64,000 bases of DNA from Rhodospirillales bacterium (GTDB lineage Bacteria > Pseudomonadota > Alphaproteobacteria > Kiloniellales > JACOMY01). Shown piece by piece: positions 8,438 through 18,803 of this stretch. A program made the translations under genes and the position numbers. Position 1 is the stretch's first letter, and every line of letters starts with the position of its first letter. The notes under the pieces were generated by a model that did not search any database, was not told the DNA's origin, and was given only the letters and a program-made list of their open reading frames with translations. Location: positions 361,760-425,759 of the forward strand of contig OY770024.1 in assembly GCA_963669375.1 (NCBI GenBank), given 5' to 3'.

Positions 8438-11400
8438 CTATACCATGGTGACCTCGATGGAGACGAGGCCGGTGCCGCTGCCAGGGATGGTGACGCCGGC
8501 GCCCAGCACCAGGGTGTCGCTCCCGGAACCTCCGTCATAGAGGTAGCTGGCGAAGTCCGCCTGGTTCGCCACCAGGAAGATGTCGTCGCCGCTGCCACCG
8601 AACGCGCTGTCGAAGCCGGCACCGCCGGTCAGCGTATCGGCACCTTCGTCGCCATAGAGCAGGTCGTCTCCACCATCACCGGACAGGATATCGTCCCCTG
8701 AACCGCCATAGAGGGCACTGTCTTTCCCGTCCCCGCCGGAGAGACTGTCGTCGCCGGAGCCACCGTAGAAGAAGGCGTCATCCCCACTGCCGCCGAAAAG
8801 GCTGTCAGCGCCGCTGCCACCGAAGAAGTAGCCGTCAACTCCACTGCCGCCAGAGAGACTGTCGGCGCCGCTGTCACCGGAGAAGACAGAGTCATCCCCA
8901 TCGCCGCCGGAGAGGCTGTCGGCGCCGCCGTCACCGTAGAAGCCGAAGTCACCTCCACTGCCGCCGGAGAGGCTGTCGGCGCCGCTGCCACCGGAGAAGT
9001 TAGTGTCATCCCCATCGCCGCCGAAGAGACTGTCGCCGCCGCTGCCACCGAAGAAACGGTAGTCCTCTCCAACGCCGCCGAAGAGGCTGTCGTCGCCGCT
9101 GCCACCGGAGAAGCTGATGTCATTCCCATCGCCGCCGAAGAGGCTGTCGGCGCCGCCGTCACCGTAGAAGCGGGAGTCATACCCACTGCCGCCGGAGAGG
9201 CCGTCGGCGCCACTGTCACCGTAGAAGAAGTCGTCATCCCCATCGCCGCCGGAGAGGCTGTCGGCGCCGCTGCCTCCGCGGAAGAAGATGTCATTCCCAC
9301 TGCCGCCGGAAAGGCTGTCGGCGCCACCGTCACCTAAGAAGCCGTCGTCATTCCCATCGCCGCCGAAGAGGCTGTCGGCGCCGCTGCCTCCGTAGAATAA
9401 GGAGTCATTCCCATTGCCGCCGAAGAGGCTGTCGGCGCCGCTGCTACCAATGAAGCGATAGTCAACTCCACTGCCGCCGGAGAGGCTGTCGGCGCCGTCG
9501 TGGCCGTAGAAGTAAGAGTCCTCACCACTGCCGCCGGAGAGGCTGTCGGCGCCGCTGCCACCGAAGAAGCCAGCGTCACGTCCACCGCCGCCGAAGAGGC
9601 TGTCGGCGCCGCTGCCACCGACGAACTGGACGTCATCTCCACTGCCGCCGAAGAGGCTGTCAGCGCCGCCGCCACCGTAGAAGCGGGAGTCGGCGCCACT
9701 GTCGCCGAAGAGGCTGTCCGTGCCGCTGCCACCGTAGAACAAGTCGTCGTTTCCACTGCCGCCGAAGAGGCTATCGGTGCCGCGCCACCGTAGAAGCTCA
9801 CATCACTCCCACTGCCGCCGGAGAGGCTGTCGGCACCGCTGCCGCCGAAGAAGTAGGCGTCACCTCCACTGCCGCCGGAGAGGCTGTCGGCGCCGCTGCC
9901 GCCGGAGAAGCGGGAGTCATTTCCACCGTCGCCGAAGAGGCTGTCGGCGCCGCCGTCACCATTGAACAGGTCGTCGTCTCCATCACCGCCGAAGAGGCTG
10001 TCGGCGCCACTGCCACCCTTGAACAAGCCGTCATCTTCATCACCGCCGGAGAGGATGTCGTCGCCGTCGCCACCGTAGAAGCCGATTTCGAATCCATCGC
10101 CACCGGCGAGATTGTCGGCGCCGTCGCCTCCGAAGAAGCCTATGTCATTTCCATCGCCAGCGGTGAGGCTGTCGTCACCGTCGCCACCGAAGAAGCTGAG
10201 GTCATTTCCGCCGCCGCCGGTGAGGCTGTCGTCACCGTCTTCACCGTAGAAGCGAACGTCACCACCACCGCCGCCGGAGAGGCTGTCGGCGCCGTTGCCA
10301 CCGCGGAAGCGGGAGTCAATACCGTCGCCGCCGTAGAGGCTGTCGGTGCCGCTGCCACCATATAAGAAGACGTCATCCCCATCACCGCCGGAGAGGCTGT
10401 CGGCGCCGCTGCCTCCGGACAAGCTGAAGTCACTCCCCTTGCCGCCAGAGAGACTGTCGGCGCCATCGCCACCGAACAAGAAGCCGTCATTCCCATCGTC
10501 GCCATAGAGGCTGTCGGCGCCGCTGCCACCGTAGAAGAAGACGTCATTCCCTTCGTCGCCGTAGAGGCTGTCGGTGCCGCTGCCACCGTAGAATCTGCTG
10601 TCATTCCCATCGCCGCCAAAGAGGCTGTCGGCGCCGCTGTCACCGTAGAAGCGGGTGTCATTCCCATCGCCACCGGAGAGGCTGTCGTCACCGTCGTTAC
10701 CGAAGAAGCTGGTGTCTTTCCCGTCCCCGCCGGACAAACTGTCGGCGCCGCTGCCACCGGAGAAGAAGAAGTCAAGCCCATCGCCGCCGAAGAGGCTGTC
10801 GGCGCCGGAGCCACCGTAGAAGCTGCGTTCATTTCCACTGCCGCCGAAGAGGCTGTCGTCACCGTCGTCACCGTGGAAGAGAACGTCACCTCCACTGCCG
10901 CCGTAAAGGCTGTCGGCGCTACCGCCACCGTAGAAGCGGACATCATTTCCATCGCCGCCGAAGAGGCTGTCGGCGCCGGAGCCACCGAAGAAGACGCCGT
11001 CATTCTCCTCGTCGCCGGAGAGGCTGTCGGCGCCGCTGCCACCGAAGAAGAGGATGTCACCTCCACTGCCGCCGGAGAGGCTGTCGGCGCCGTCGCCACC
11101 GTAGAAGGCCGAGTCAACTCCACTGCCGCCGAAGAGCCTGTCTTCGCCGAAATCGCCTGACAAGATGCTGTCTACCCCATCGCCGCCGAAGAGGTTGTCA
11201 TCTCCGCTGCCACCGTTGAACGAAAAGTCATCTCCATCACCGCCGGAGAGGCTGTCACTGCCGCCGCCACCGAAGAACCTGACTTCATTCCCATCGCCAC
11301 CGGAGAGGCTGTCGTCGCCGTCGCCACCGAAGAAGCTGCGGTCATTTCCACTGCCGCCGGAGAGACTGTCGTCACCGTCGCCACCGTAGAAGCTGGTGTC

Positions 11401-13527
11401 ATTCCCACTGCCGCCGGAGAGGCTGTCGGCGCCGCTGTCACCGTAGAAGCCAACGTCAACACCACTGCCGCCGGAGAGGCTGTCGGTACCGCTGCCACCG
11501 AAGAAACTGGAGTCCTTCCCGTCACCGCCGAAGAGGTGGTCGGACCCCGTCCCGCCATAGAACAAGATGTCTGCCTCGCTGCCACCGAAGAGGCTGTCGC
11601 TCCCCTCTCCGCCAAAGAAGTTCCAATCGTTGCCGCTGCCGGCAGACAGCCTGTCGTCGCCGTCGTTGCCTCTGAAGATGTTGTCGTCGCCATCACCGCC
11701 GGCGAGGCTGTCGGACCCCGTCCCGCCGAAGAAGAAGGCGTCGGCGCCGCTCTCGCCGGCGAGGCTGTCGGACCCCGAGCCACCGAAGAAATCGCGATCC
11801 TGGCCGCTGCCGGCAGCAAGGCTGTCGTTACCGTCATCGCCTCTGAAGAGGTAGTCGTCTCCCTCGCCGCCGTAGAGGCTGTCGCGCCCAGAACGACCGA
11901 AGAAGGAGCTGTCCTCCCCCCTGCCGCCATGGAGCTCATCGTCGCCGGATCCGCCGGACAACCTGTCGCTGCCGACATCGCCATAGAGCCGGTCGTCGCC
12001 GTCTTCACCAAAGAGAGCGTCGTCGCCGCTGTCGCCGAAGAGCCGGAAGTCGTCCCCGCTGCCGCCATAGAGTGTGTCGGCCCCCTCTCCGCCGAAGAAA
12101 TCATGATCCTCGCCGCTGCCGGCGGCTATGCTGTCGTCGCCGCCATCGCCTCTGAAAAAAACGTCGTCGCCTTCGCCGGCGTCGATCGAGTCGGCTCCGG
12201 ATCTGCCGAAGAAGAAGCTGTCGTCCCCACTCCCGGCCGCGAGACTGTCGGCCCCCGTTCCGCCGTCGAAATAGCCGTCGCTGCCGCTGCCACCGAAGAG
12301 GCGGTCGTCACCGTCATCGCCCCTGACGCTGGTGTCATCGCCATCGCCGCCGGAGAGGCTGTCGGCCCCTTCGCCGCCGCGGAGAAAGCTGTCCGCGCCG
12401 CTGTCGCCGTAGATCCGGTCGTTGCCCTCGTCACCCGAGAGGGAGCGGTCGGCCCCATCGCCGCCGAAGATCCGATCCAGCCCGCTGCCGCCCGAGAGGC
12501 TCGCATCGATCCCCTGGCCGCCGTAGAAGCGGTCGCTACCGCTGCCACCGAAGAACAGGCTGTCCTCACCACTGCCGCCGAAGAGCCGGTCGCTGCCGCT
12601 ACCCCCATAGAACAGGCCGTCGCTTCCGCTGCCACCCGATACCGTGTCGTTGTCGTTGCCGCCGAAGAAGTAGAAATCGTCCCCATCGCCGCCGTAGAGC
12701 TTGTCGGCCGCCGCGCGACCGGCGAAGCGCATATCGTCACCCGCGTCACCGTAGATGCGGTCGATGCCGCCGCCACCATAGAAGCTGAGATCGGCACCGC
12801 TGCCGCCGTACATGGTGTCCCGCTTGCCTTGGCCGTAGACGTAGGAGTCGTCGCCACTGCCGCCGAACATGGAATCGTTGCCCGCACCTCCGTAGAGCGC
12901 GTAGTCGTCGCCCTCGCCACCGTCCACCCGGTCCGAGCTGACGTCGCCGAAGAAGAAGGCATCGATCCCGCTGCCACCGTAGAGCCGGTCGCTGCCGCGC
13001 TCGCCGTCGAGCGTGCGGTCGTCACCATCGCCGCCGAAGACCAGGTCGTTCGAACGCTCCCCCAGCAAGGAGGTGTCCGCCCCGTCGCCGCCGTAGATCC
13101 GGTCCGCATTGGCGCCGCCGTCCAGGTGCGTATCGGCGCCACTGCCGCCCGAGAGCCTATCCAGGCCGGCGCTGCCGTAGAGCTGGCTGTCGTTGCCGCT
13201 GCCACCGGAGATGGTGTCGTCCCCCACCCCGCCGAAGAGCAGGGCGTCGGCGCCATCGCCGCCGCCGATCGAATCAGCCCGCGAGCCGCCGTCGAGGTTG
13301 CTGTCGTCGCCCGCGCCCCCGAAGAGGGAATCCCGCCCGGTGCCCCCTTCCAGCGCGACATCGCCGCCGCTGCCGCCTACCAGCGTGTCGTCGCCTCGCC
13401 CCCCATAGAGGCTGTCGGCCGCGCTCAATCCATAGAGCGTGTCGTTGTCGCCGTAGCCCAGGATGGTATCGACGGCGGAGCTGCCATAGAGCGTGTCCGG
13501 TCCGGGGGTCCCTGGAATGAATGCCAT
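8438..13527 (-). pseudogene. RTX-like Ca2+-binding all-repeat protein, paralogue 3, interrupted by a 1-nt deletion near 9781-9784 (about 1696 aa if repaired)
   Basis: ORF 9334..13527 has the same N-terminus as paralogue 2. After ..SDVSFYGG it switches to Ala/Thr/Ser-rich out-of-frame sequence. ORF 8438..9742 continues the GGxGxD repeats in another frame and ends in the same conserved C-terminus as paralogue 2. The local sequence ggtgccgc-gccaccg differs from the usual ggcgccgctgccaccg. Confidence 0.75.
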
Positions 13528-13723
13528 CGCCCGCGCCTCCCCTGGCGTCGTTTCCCGTTCTTTGGAGGCGATCGAAGGAGTTCAAAGGCCGACAATCGCC
13601 CCTCGTGGCGCGGTCCGGTCGCGACCGGCGCTCCACAGCCTCCCTTATCGGCAAACACTGTGCGACAGATTGTCAGATCTGTAAACAGACTCCTGCGCCG
13701 AGAGCTGCCAGCTTTGCGCGAGC
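13528..13723 (-). promoter_or_regulatory. Conserved 196-nt leader/promoter region upstream of RTX paralogue 3
   Basis: This is the same block as the other two copies. The palindrome ccggtcgcgaccgg is at 13615-13628. Similarity to the other copies stops after gcgcgagc (13723). Confidence 0.5.
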
Positions 13724-13882
13724 AGCGACGCCCGCTACAGTCCCAAGAGGGCGACGTCTAGAGAGGTTCCATCCAGGATAGCGTTTGCGCTGTTGCGGAA
13801 GACCGTGGACGGCGTCACCCCCCTCGCCGATACCCGCAGCAGAGCGCGGCTTGCCCGGATGGCCGCACCACCTGGTGCAGAC

Positions 13883-14638
13883 TCACGTCCAGATCGCCAC
13901 CAGCGCCATGAGCCCGAAGCCGAGTGCGACGAAGGAGAAGTCCAGTTGATTGCCGCAGCGGGCGACCAGGGTGCTCGCGGCCAACCCGTGCAAGGTACCT
14001 AGGTAGAGGAAGGTCGCCGCTGCAAAGGCCGAGAAGGTGGCCTCCAGGAGAAGGTCCGCGCCACCGGCAAGCGACAGAAGGCTGCCGACGGCAAGCCCTA
14101 TGGGGAAGAGGGCGATGAAGACAGCCAGACAGGCCAATCGCTGTCGTCGGGCAAGTGTGCTCTTGGCGAGCGTGACACTGAGCGCGAAGGCAGCCGCACC
14201 CTTGTGCGCCAGAACCGCGACAAAGATGACAATGGTCATCGCAATCTGGCTGCTGGCGCCCAGCGCACCGCCGACCAGGAAGCTGTGGATGGAGAGCATC
14301 ACGGTAGCCAGCAAGGGCATCGCCTTCGAGGTCGGCCCCCGCGCCGCCTTTAGCCGCTCGCCAAGGTGATCCAGATAGAGCAGGAAGAGTAGCACCGCTC
14401 CGCAGATCACCATCGGCCAGGGGTAGTCGACCCCGGCCGCGCCAAATTCGGCGCTAGCATTGCCCAGCATGTGGATCAAGCCGGCGCCCAGGAAGACCCC
14501 TGCGGCAAAGGCTTCGCCCAGCAACAGAAGCCTGGTCTCCTCAAGCTCTTGCTCGCGCCGCAGCAGCGGCAGGCCGCCCGCGACTGCCACCAACACGATC
14601 ACCAGACCGAAAATGACTTTCAGTTCCAGGTCGCTCAT
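13883..14638 (-). CDS. ZIP-family metal cation transporter (ZupT-like)
   Basis: A 251-aa polytopic membrane protein with ZIP-like TM4/TM5 signatures SIHSFLVGGALG and LAHKGAAAFAL. Confidence 0.65.
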   Translation of the reverse strand: MSDLELKVIFGLVIVLVAVAGGLPLLRREQELEETRLLLLGEAFAAGVFLGAGLIHMLGNASAEFGAAGVDYPWPMVICGAVLLFLLYLDHLGERLKAARGPTSKAMPLLATVMLSIHSFLVGGALGASSQIAMTIVIFVAVLAHKGAAAFALSVTLAKSTLARRQRLACLAVFIALFPIGLAVGSLLSLAGGADLLLEATFSAFAAATFLYLGTLHGLAASTLVARCGNQLDFSFVALGFGLMALVAIWT

Positions 14639-14870
14639 ATCTGAACTCTAGCTCATGACCTGCGTCTTGTCCCACCGCCGATCGGACAGCGAGGAGCAAG
14701 CTGACCGATATGCCGCTCCGCGCCGCCAAGAGGCTGAGGGCGGGAGGCCCGGCCCGTCTTGGAACCCCAGCGAAAGTGCGTCGGAACTCGATCCGCAAAG
14801 CGAGGGCGCGCCCGTCTTGCCGAGATTACGGGCCGCACGATAGTGTCGGCGCGAGAGGGGGAGTTAGCGG

Positions 14871-15587
14871 ATGACACAGTCCGAGGAAGGAAGAGAATCA
14901 AGGCGTTGGCAGAGCGAAGGGCCGGCCGGTCGCGCGTCGGCCATGAGCACGGCTGACGACCGCGGCGTCCGTTCGTCGGACTGGGCGCGTCTGCGGCTGT
15001 CTGCTGTTGGCGTGGTGGCTTGCCTGCTCTCTCTAGGCCTGCTCATGGCGCTGGCACCCGCGGCGATGACGCCCCGCACCCTGCAAACGCCGGGTGCGGA
15101 GGCCGTCATCGCGGAAGGCCCGCTCTGGGCGCTTGCCTTCTATCTCGGCGACTCCCTCTTCGTCCTGATCGCGCTCGCCTTCTTTCTCGTCCTGGCGCGG
15201 CTGGCGCAGGGCCCACGCTGGCTCGTGCTCTTCGGCGTGGCCGCCGCCTTCGGCAAGGCAGGCTTCGACCTCGCGGAGAACCTGAGCTTCGGCGCCGCCG
15301 CTTGGACGGCCTGGCAGAGCGCGGCCGTCGGAGAGATTTCCGAAAAGACGGTCGTGGTGCTGACGACGCTGAAACGGGTCGCGGGCGGGCTCGCGGTCCT
15401 GGCCTTCGCGCCGCTCTATCGCGGCTCGGACCTCGGCGCCCGTCTGGTCAGGGCCCTGCTGTGGCTGGGCGCCGCGGCGACCGCGGCGGGCTTCGTGATC
15501 CCGGCCCTGCAAGAGGCGAATGCGATGCTGCTGTTCTTCACGACCGCGGTGGTGTCGTGGCATGCCGGTGTCCATGCACGCAGATGA
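14871..15587 (+). CDS. Hypothetical integral membrane protein
   Basis: The ORF is 238 aa with several hydrophobic helices and GC-rich third codon positions. The start is uncertain; an internal ATG gives MSTADD. No family was recognised. Confidence 0.5.
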   Translation: MTQSEEGRESRRWQSEGPAGRASAMSTADDRGVRSSDWARLRLSAVGVVACLLSLGLLMALAPAAMTPRTLQTPGAEAVIAEGPLWALAFYLGDSLFVLIALAFFLVLARLAQGPRWLVLFGVAAAFGKAGFDLAENLSFGAAAWTAWQSAAVGEISEKTVVVLTTLKRVAGGLAVLAFAPLYRGSDLGARLVRALLWLGAAATAAGFVIPALQEANAMLLFFTTAVVSWHAGVHARR

Positions 15588-16263
15588 CCACCCCTCGCCG
15601 AATCATAACGACAGGCGCGGCCGGTCCGTCGATCTGATCGTCCTGCACTACACCGGCATGCAAAGCGCCGCCGCCGCCCTGTCGCGCCTCTGCGATCCCC
15701 GGGCGGAGGTCAGCGCGCACTATCTGGTCGAGGAAGAGGGTCGCCTCTGGCGCTTGGTGCGCGAAGAGCGACGCGCCTGGCACGCGGGCCGCGCCTTCTG
15801 GGCCGGCGAGCGCGACGTCAACGCCAGATCGATCGGCATCGAGATCGTCAACCCGGGTCACGCCTTCGGTTACCGGCCCTTTCCGACGCGCCAGATCGAG
15901 CGGGTGGCCGGCCTGCTGCGGCACCTCCTGTCGCGCTATCAGATCACACGATCGCGCGTCGTCGGCCACTCCGACGTCGCGCCCCTGCGCAAGGAGGACC
16001 CGGGCGAGCTCTTCCCCTGGTCCGCGCTGGCGGCCCGAGGCTTGGCGGTCCATCCACCACCGCTTCCAACCCAAGCAAGCGATGGTATCGGCAGGCAGCA
16101 GGTGGCGGACTGGCTCTCGGCCTATGGCTACGGCTATCTGGATGAAGACCCGCAAGCCGTGCTGAGGGCAGTCCAGCGACGCTTCCGCCCGCGGCTCATC
16201 GACGGGCAGTTGGACGGCGAGACGGCGGCGATCGCGCGCTGGCTGGCGTGCGAGACCGCTTGA
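15562..16263 (+). CDS. N-acetylmuramoyl-L-alanine amidase (AmpD/amidase_2 type) with C-terminal peptidoglycan-binding-like domain
   Basis: Motifs seen are IVLHYTG, AWHAG, GIEIVNPGH and GHSDVAPLRKEDPG. The start was chosen at the internal ATG (MPVSMHADDHPSPNH); 15520 and 15574 are alternatives. Confidence 0.8.
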   Translation: MPVSMHADDHPSPNHNDRRGRSVDLIVLHYTGMQSAAAALSRLCDPRAEVSAHYLVEEEGRLWRLVREERRAWHAGRAFWAGERDVNARSIGIEIVNPGHAFGYRPFPTRQIERVAGLLRHLLSRYQITRSRVVGHSDVAPLRKEDPGELFPWSALAARGLAVHPPPLPTQASDGIGRQQVADWLSAYGYGYLDEDPQAVLRAVQRRFRPRLIDGQLDGETAAIARWLACETA

Positions 16264-16300
16264 CAAGGCCCGCCGCCACGCGCACCTGCTAGGCCTGCGG

Positions 16301-16716
<416 letters not shown>

Positions 16717-16875
16717 CCGCAGACCCGGCACGTCTGGCACAAAACAAGAACAGGCACCGGCTCTCCAGATCGTTACTCCTTCCGATATGCGCCTTAACGC
16801 CGATTTTGTGAGAACAAAAGATGAATTTCTAGGAAATGCGCCTCGATTCAAGAGTCCTGTCCCGCCTATACTCCA

Positions 16876-16904
16876 TTGACCCCCACCAAGTACCACGTTA
16901 TACC
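16876..16904 (+). promoter_or_regulatory. Candidate sigma70-type promoter upstream of mraZ (TTGACC-17 nt-TATACC)
   Basis: ttgacc is at 16876-16881 and tatacc is at 16899-16904, with 17-nt spacing. The site is about 95 nt upstream of the mraZ start. This is a sequence match only. Confidence 0.3.
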
Positions 16905-16999
16905 ATGATATCCCGTCAGTGTGGCTGAGGAGCCGCCTGACGCGCAGGTGGGAGCAAGAGGACGCGACCGGCTGATGTAGGCGAGGGAGGGCGAGCGAC

Positions 17000-17473
17000 G
17001 TGGCTCTGTTCACGTCAGAGTATCCGTTCAAGGTTGACCGCAAGGGACGGGTATCCGTTCCGGCGGAGTACCGGGCGACACTCTCGCAGCAGCGCTTCGC
17101 CGGCATCGTTCTGGTCCCGGTCTGGGAGGAGCCCGCCTTCGACGGCTTCGGCCACGACCGTTTGGAAGAACTGGCGGCCTCGCTGGACGATCCCGAGGTC
17201 TACGACGAAGAGGAGCTGGAAGAGGTGCAGCAACTCTTCTCCGAAGCGCGCCGCCTCCCCTTCGACGGCGACGGGCGTATCGTCCTGCCGGAAGACGTGC
17301 GCGCGCATGCCGATATCACCGACCAGGTCTACTACGTCGGCCGCGGCACCACCTTCCGCCTTTGGAATCCGGCCGCCTACAACGAGCACAAGGCCAAGAT
17401 CCGCTCCAGCGCCAAGAGCAAAGGCAAGACCGTCCGCTTGCGCCTGGCCCCCCGCAAGAAGAAGGAAGGATGA
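17000..17473 (+). CDS. mraZ: Transcriptional regulator MraZ
   Basis: The N-terminus is [25 protein letters not shown] (GTG start). It is the first gene of the dcw cluster. Confidence 0.9.
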   Translation: MALFTSEYPFKVDRKGRVSVPAEYRATLSQQRFAGIVLVPVWEEPAFDGFGHDRLEELAASLDDPEVYDEEELEEVQQLFSEARRLPFDGDGRIVLPEDVRAHADITDQVYYVGRGTTFRLWNPAAYNEHKAKIRSSAKSKGKTVRLRLAPRKKKEG

Positions 17474-18441
17474 GGCAGATGGCGGCAGCGCACGTCCCCG
17501 TCCTCCTGAACGAGGTCCTGGCCGCCCTGGCGCCGCGTGACGGCGCCGCCTACCTGGACGGCACCTTCGGCCGCGGCGGCTACAGCCGGGCCCTCCTTCA
17601 ATCGGCCGATTGCCAGGTGCTGGCGATCGATCGCGATCCCGCGGCGGTCGCGGCCGGACGACGTCTGGAACAAAGCGAGTCCGGCCGTTTCACCATGCTG
17701 GCCGGGTGCTTCGGCGAGATGAGCGCACTGGTGCCGGCCGACCGCCAAGGGCGACTGGCCGGCGTGGCGCTGGACCTGGGCGTGTCCTCGCCGCAGCTGG
17801 ACGAGGCGGATCGCGGCTTCTCCTTCCGCTTCGACGGTCCGCTGGACATGCGCATGGGGACCGCCAGCGAGGGCGGCGCCAGCGCGGCCGACCTGGTCAA
17901 CCAGCTTGATGAGACCGACCTGGCCGACATCATCTACCGCTACGGCGAAGAGCGGCACTCGCGCCGCGTCGCCCGTGCGATCGTCGCCGCCAGGCGCGAG
18001 GCGCCGATCACGCGCACGCAGCAGCTGGCGGCCCTGGTGCGCAAGTCGGTGCGGCGCAGCGCCGACGGCATCGATCCGGCCACGCGCACCTTTCAGGCCT
18101 TGCGGATCGCGGTAAACGACGAGTTGGGGGAGATCGAGCGTGGCCTCGCGGCCGCGGAGCGTCTTTTGGCGCCGGGCGGACGGCTTGCCGTCGTCGCCTT
18201 CCATTCCTTGGAGGATCGGGCAGTGAAGCAGTTTCTGACAGCACGTTCCGGCCGGGGGCAGGCCGGATCGCGCCACTTGCCGGCGGCGGCGCCGGGCCAT
18301 GCGCCCAGCTTTCGCCTGCTGTTCCGCAAGGCGGTCACGCCGAGCGCAGAGGAGATCCGGCTCAACCCGCGCGCGGCCTCCGCCCGCCTGCGCGCGGCCG
18401 AACGCACTGAGGCCGAAGCATGGCAGGAGGGTCAGCAATGA
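17470..18441 (+). CDS. rsmH: 16S rRNA (cytosine1402-N4)-methyltransferase RsmH
   Basis: The sequence reads [37 protein letters not shown]. The start overlaps the mraZ stop as ATGA. The listed ORF 17362.. carries a spurious N-terminal extension. Confidence 0.9.
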   Translation: MRQMAAAHVPVLLNEVLAALAPRDGAAYLDGTFGRGGYSRALLQSADCQVLAIDRDPAAVAAGRRLEQSESGRFTMLAGCFGEMSALVPADRQGRLAGVALDLGVSSPQLDEADRGFSFRFDGPLDMRMGTASEGGASAADLVNQLDETDLADIIYRYGEERHSRRVARAIVAARREAPITRTQQLAALVRKSVRRSADGIDPATRTFQALRIAVNDELGEIERGLAAAERLLAPGGRLAVVAFHSLEDRAVKQFLTARSGRGQAGSRHLPAAAPGHAPSFRLLFRKAVTPSAEEIRLNPRAASARLRAAERTEAEAWQEGQQ

Positions 18442-18803
18442 GCCGCATTGCCGCCGCTGTCTTCCTGTTACTGGCGGGCCTCTGCGCCGTCGGTACCTAC
18501 GTCCTGAAGCACCAGGTCCAGCAGCGCGAGGAAGCCCTGCGCACCGCACACCGCAGCATCGTGCGCGCGCAAGAGGAGTTGCACGTGCTGAAGGCGGAAT
18601 GGAGCTACCTCAATCAACCTGAACGACTGGCGTCTCTCTCCGAGACGCACCTGGGTCTCGCACCGCTGTCCCCGGAGCAGCTGGTGCGTCTCGAAGACCT
18701 GCCTTTCCGGGCCATCGATGCCACGACCGGGTTCTCTCGTCCCGATCCCGACCGGTCGCTTGGAGATGGCCTTACTCCGGCCAGCGCGGAGGCCATGGAA
18801 TGA
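18438..18803 (+). CDS. ftsL: Cell division protein FtsL
   Basis: A small bitopic protein ([25 protein letters not shown] followed by a coiled coil). It sits between rsmH and ftsI, with an ATGA overlap with rsmH. Confidence 0.8.
   Translation: MSRIAAAVFLLLAGLCAVGTYVLKHQVQQREEALRTAHRSIVRAQEELHVLKAEWSYLNQPERLASLSETHLGLAPLSPEQLVRLEDLPFRAIDATTGFSRPDPDRSLGDGLTPASAEAME

Larger units (their letters stand above)
1..13527 (-). repeat. 57-bp (19-codon) in-frame tandem repeat arrays filling the three RTX-like genes
   Basis: The marker ggagaggctgtc recurs at 48, 105, 162 and 219, an exact 57-nt spacing. The same motif recurs throughout 1-13.4 kb. Confidence 0.9.

Noticed and set aside
1-13527. The strictly periodic 57-bp repeats could be mistaken for a CRISPR array or a non-coding satellite.
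   Set aside because: There are no unique spacers between constant repeats. The period is a multiple of three, and the array is in frame inside long ORFs that encode a recognisable protein repeat.
85-13761. Dozens of long ORFs lie in other frames and on the plus strand across the RTX region. Examples are 1443..2741 (+, 432 aa), 7357..8256 (+), 11536..13761 (+, 741 aa), 3102..3884 (-), 6483..7889 (-) and 12126..13361 (-).
   Set aside because: They are frame-shifted or antisense readings of the same 57-bp repeat. They give Ala/Val/Thr/Pro/Ser-rich low-complexity sequence. Only the GGxGxD frame on the minus strand has a Shine-Dalgarno site plus ATG, a coherent known repeat motif and a conserved C-terminus.
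14639-14870. I searched the intergenic region upstream of the ZIP transporter for a Zur or other metalloregulator box.
   Set aside because: No AT-rich palindrome resembling Zur or Fur-family operators is present in this GC-rich spacer.
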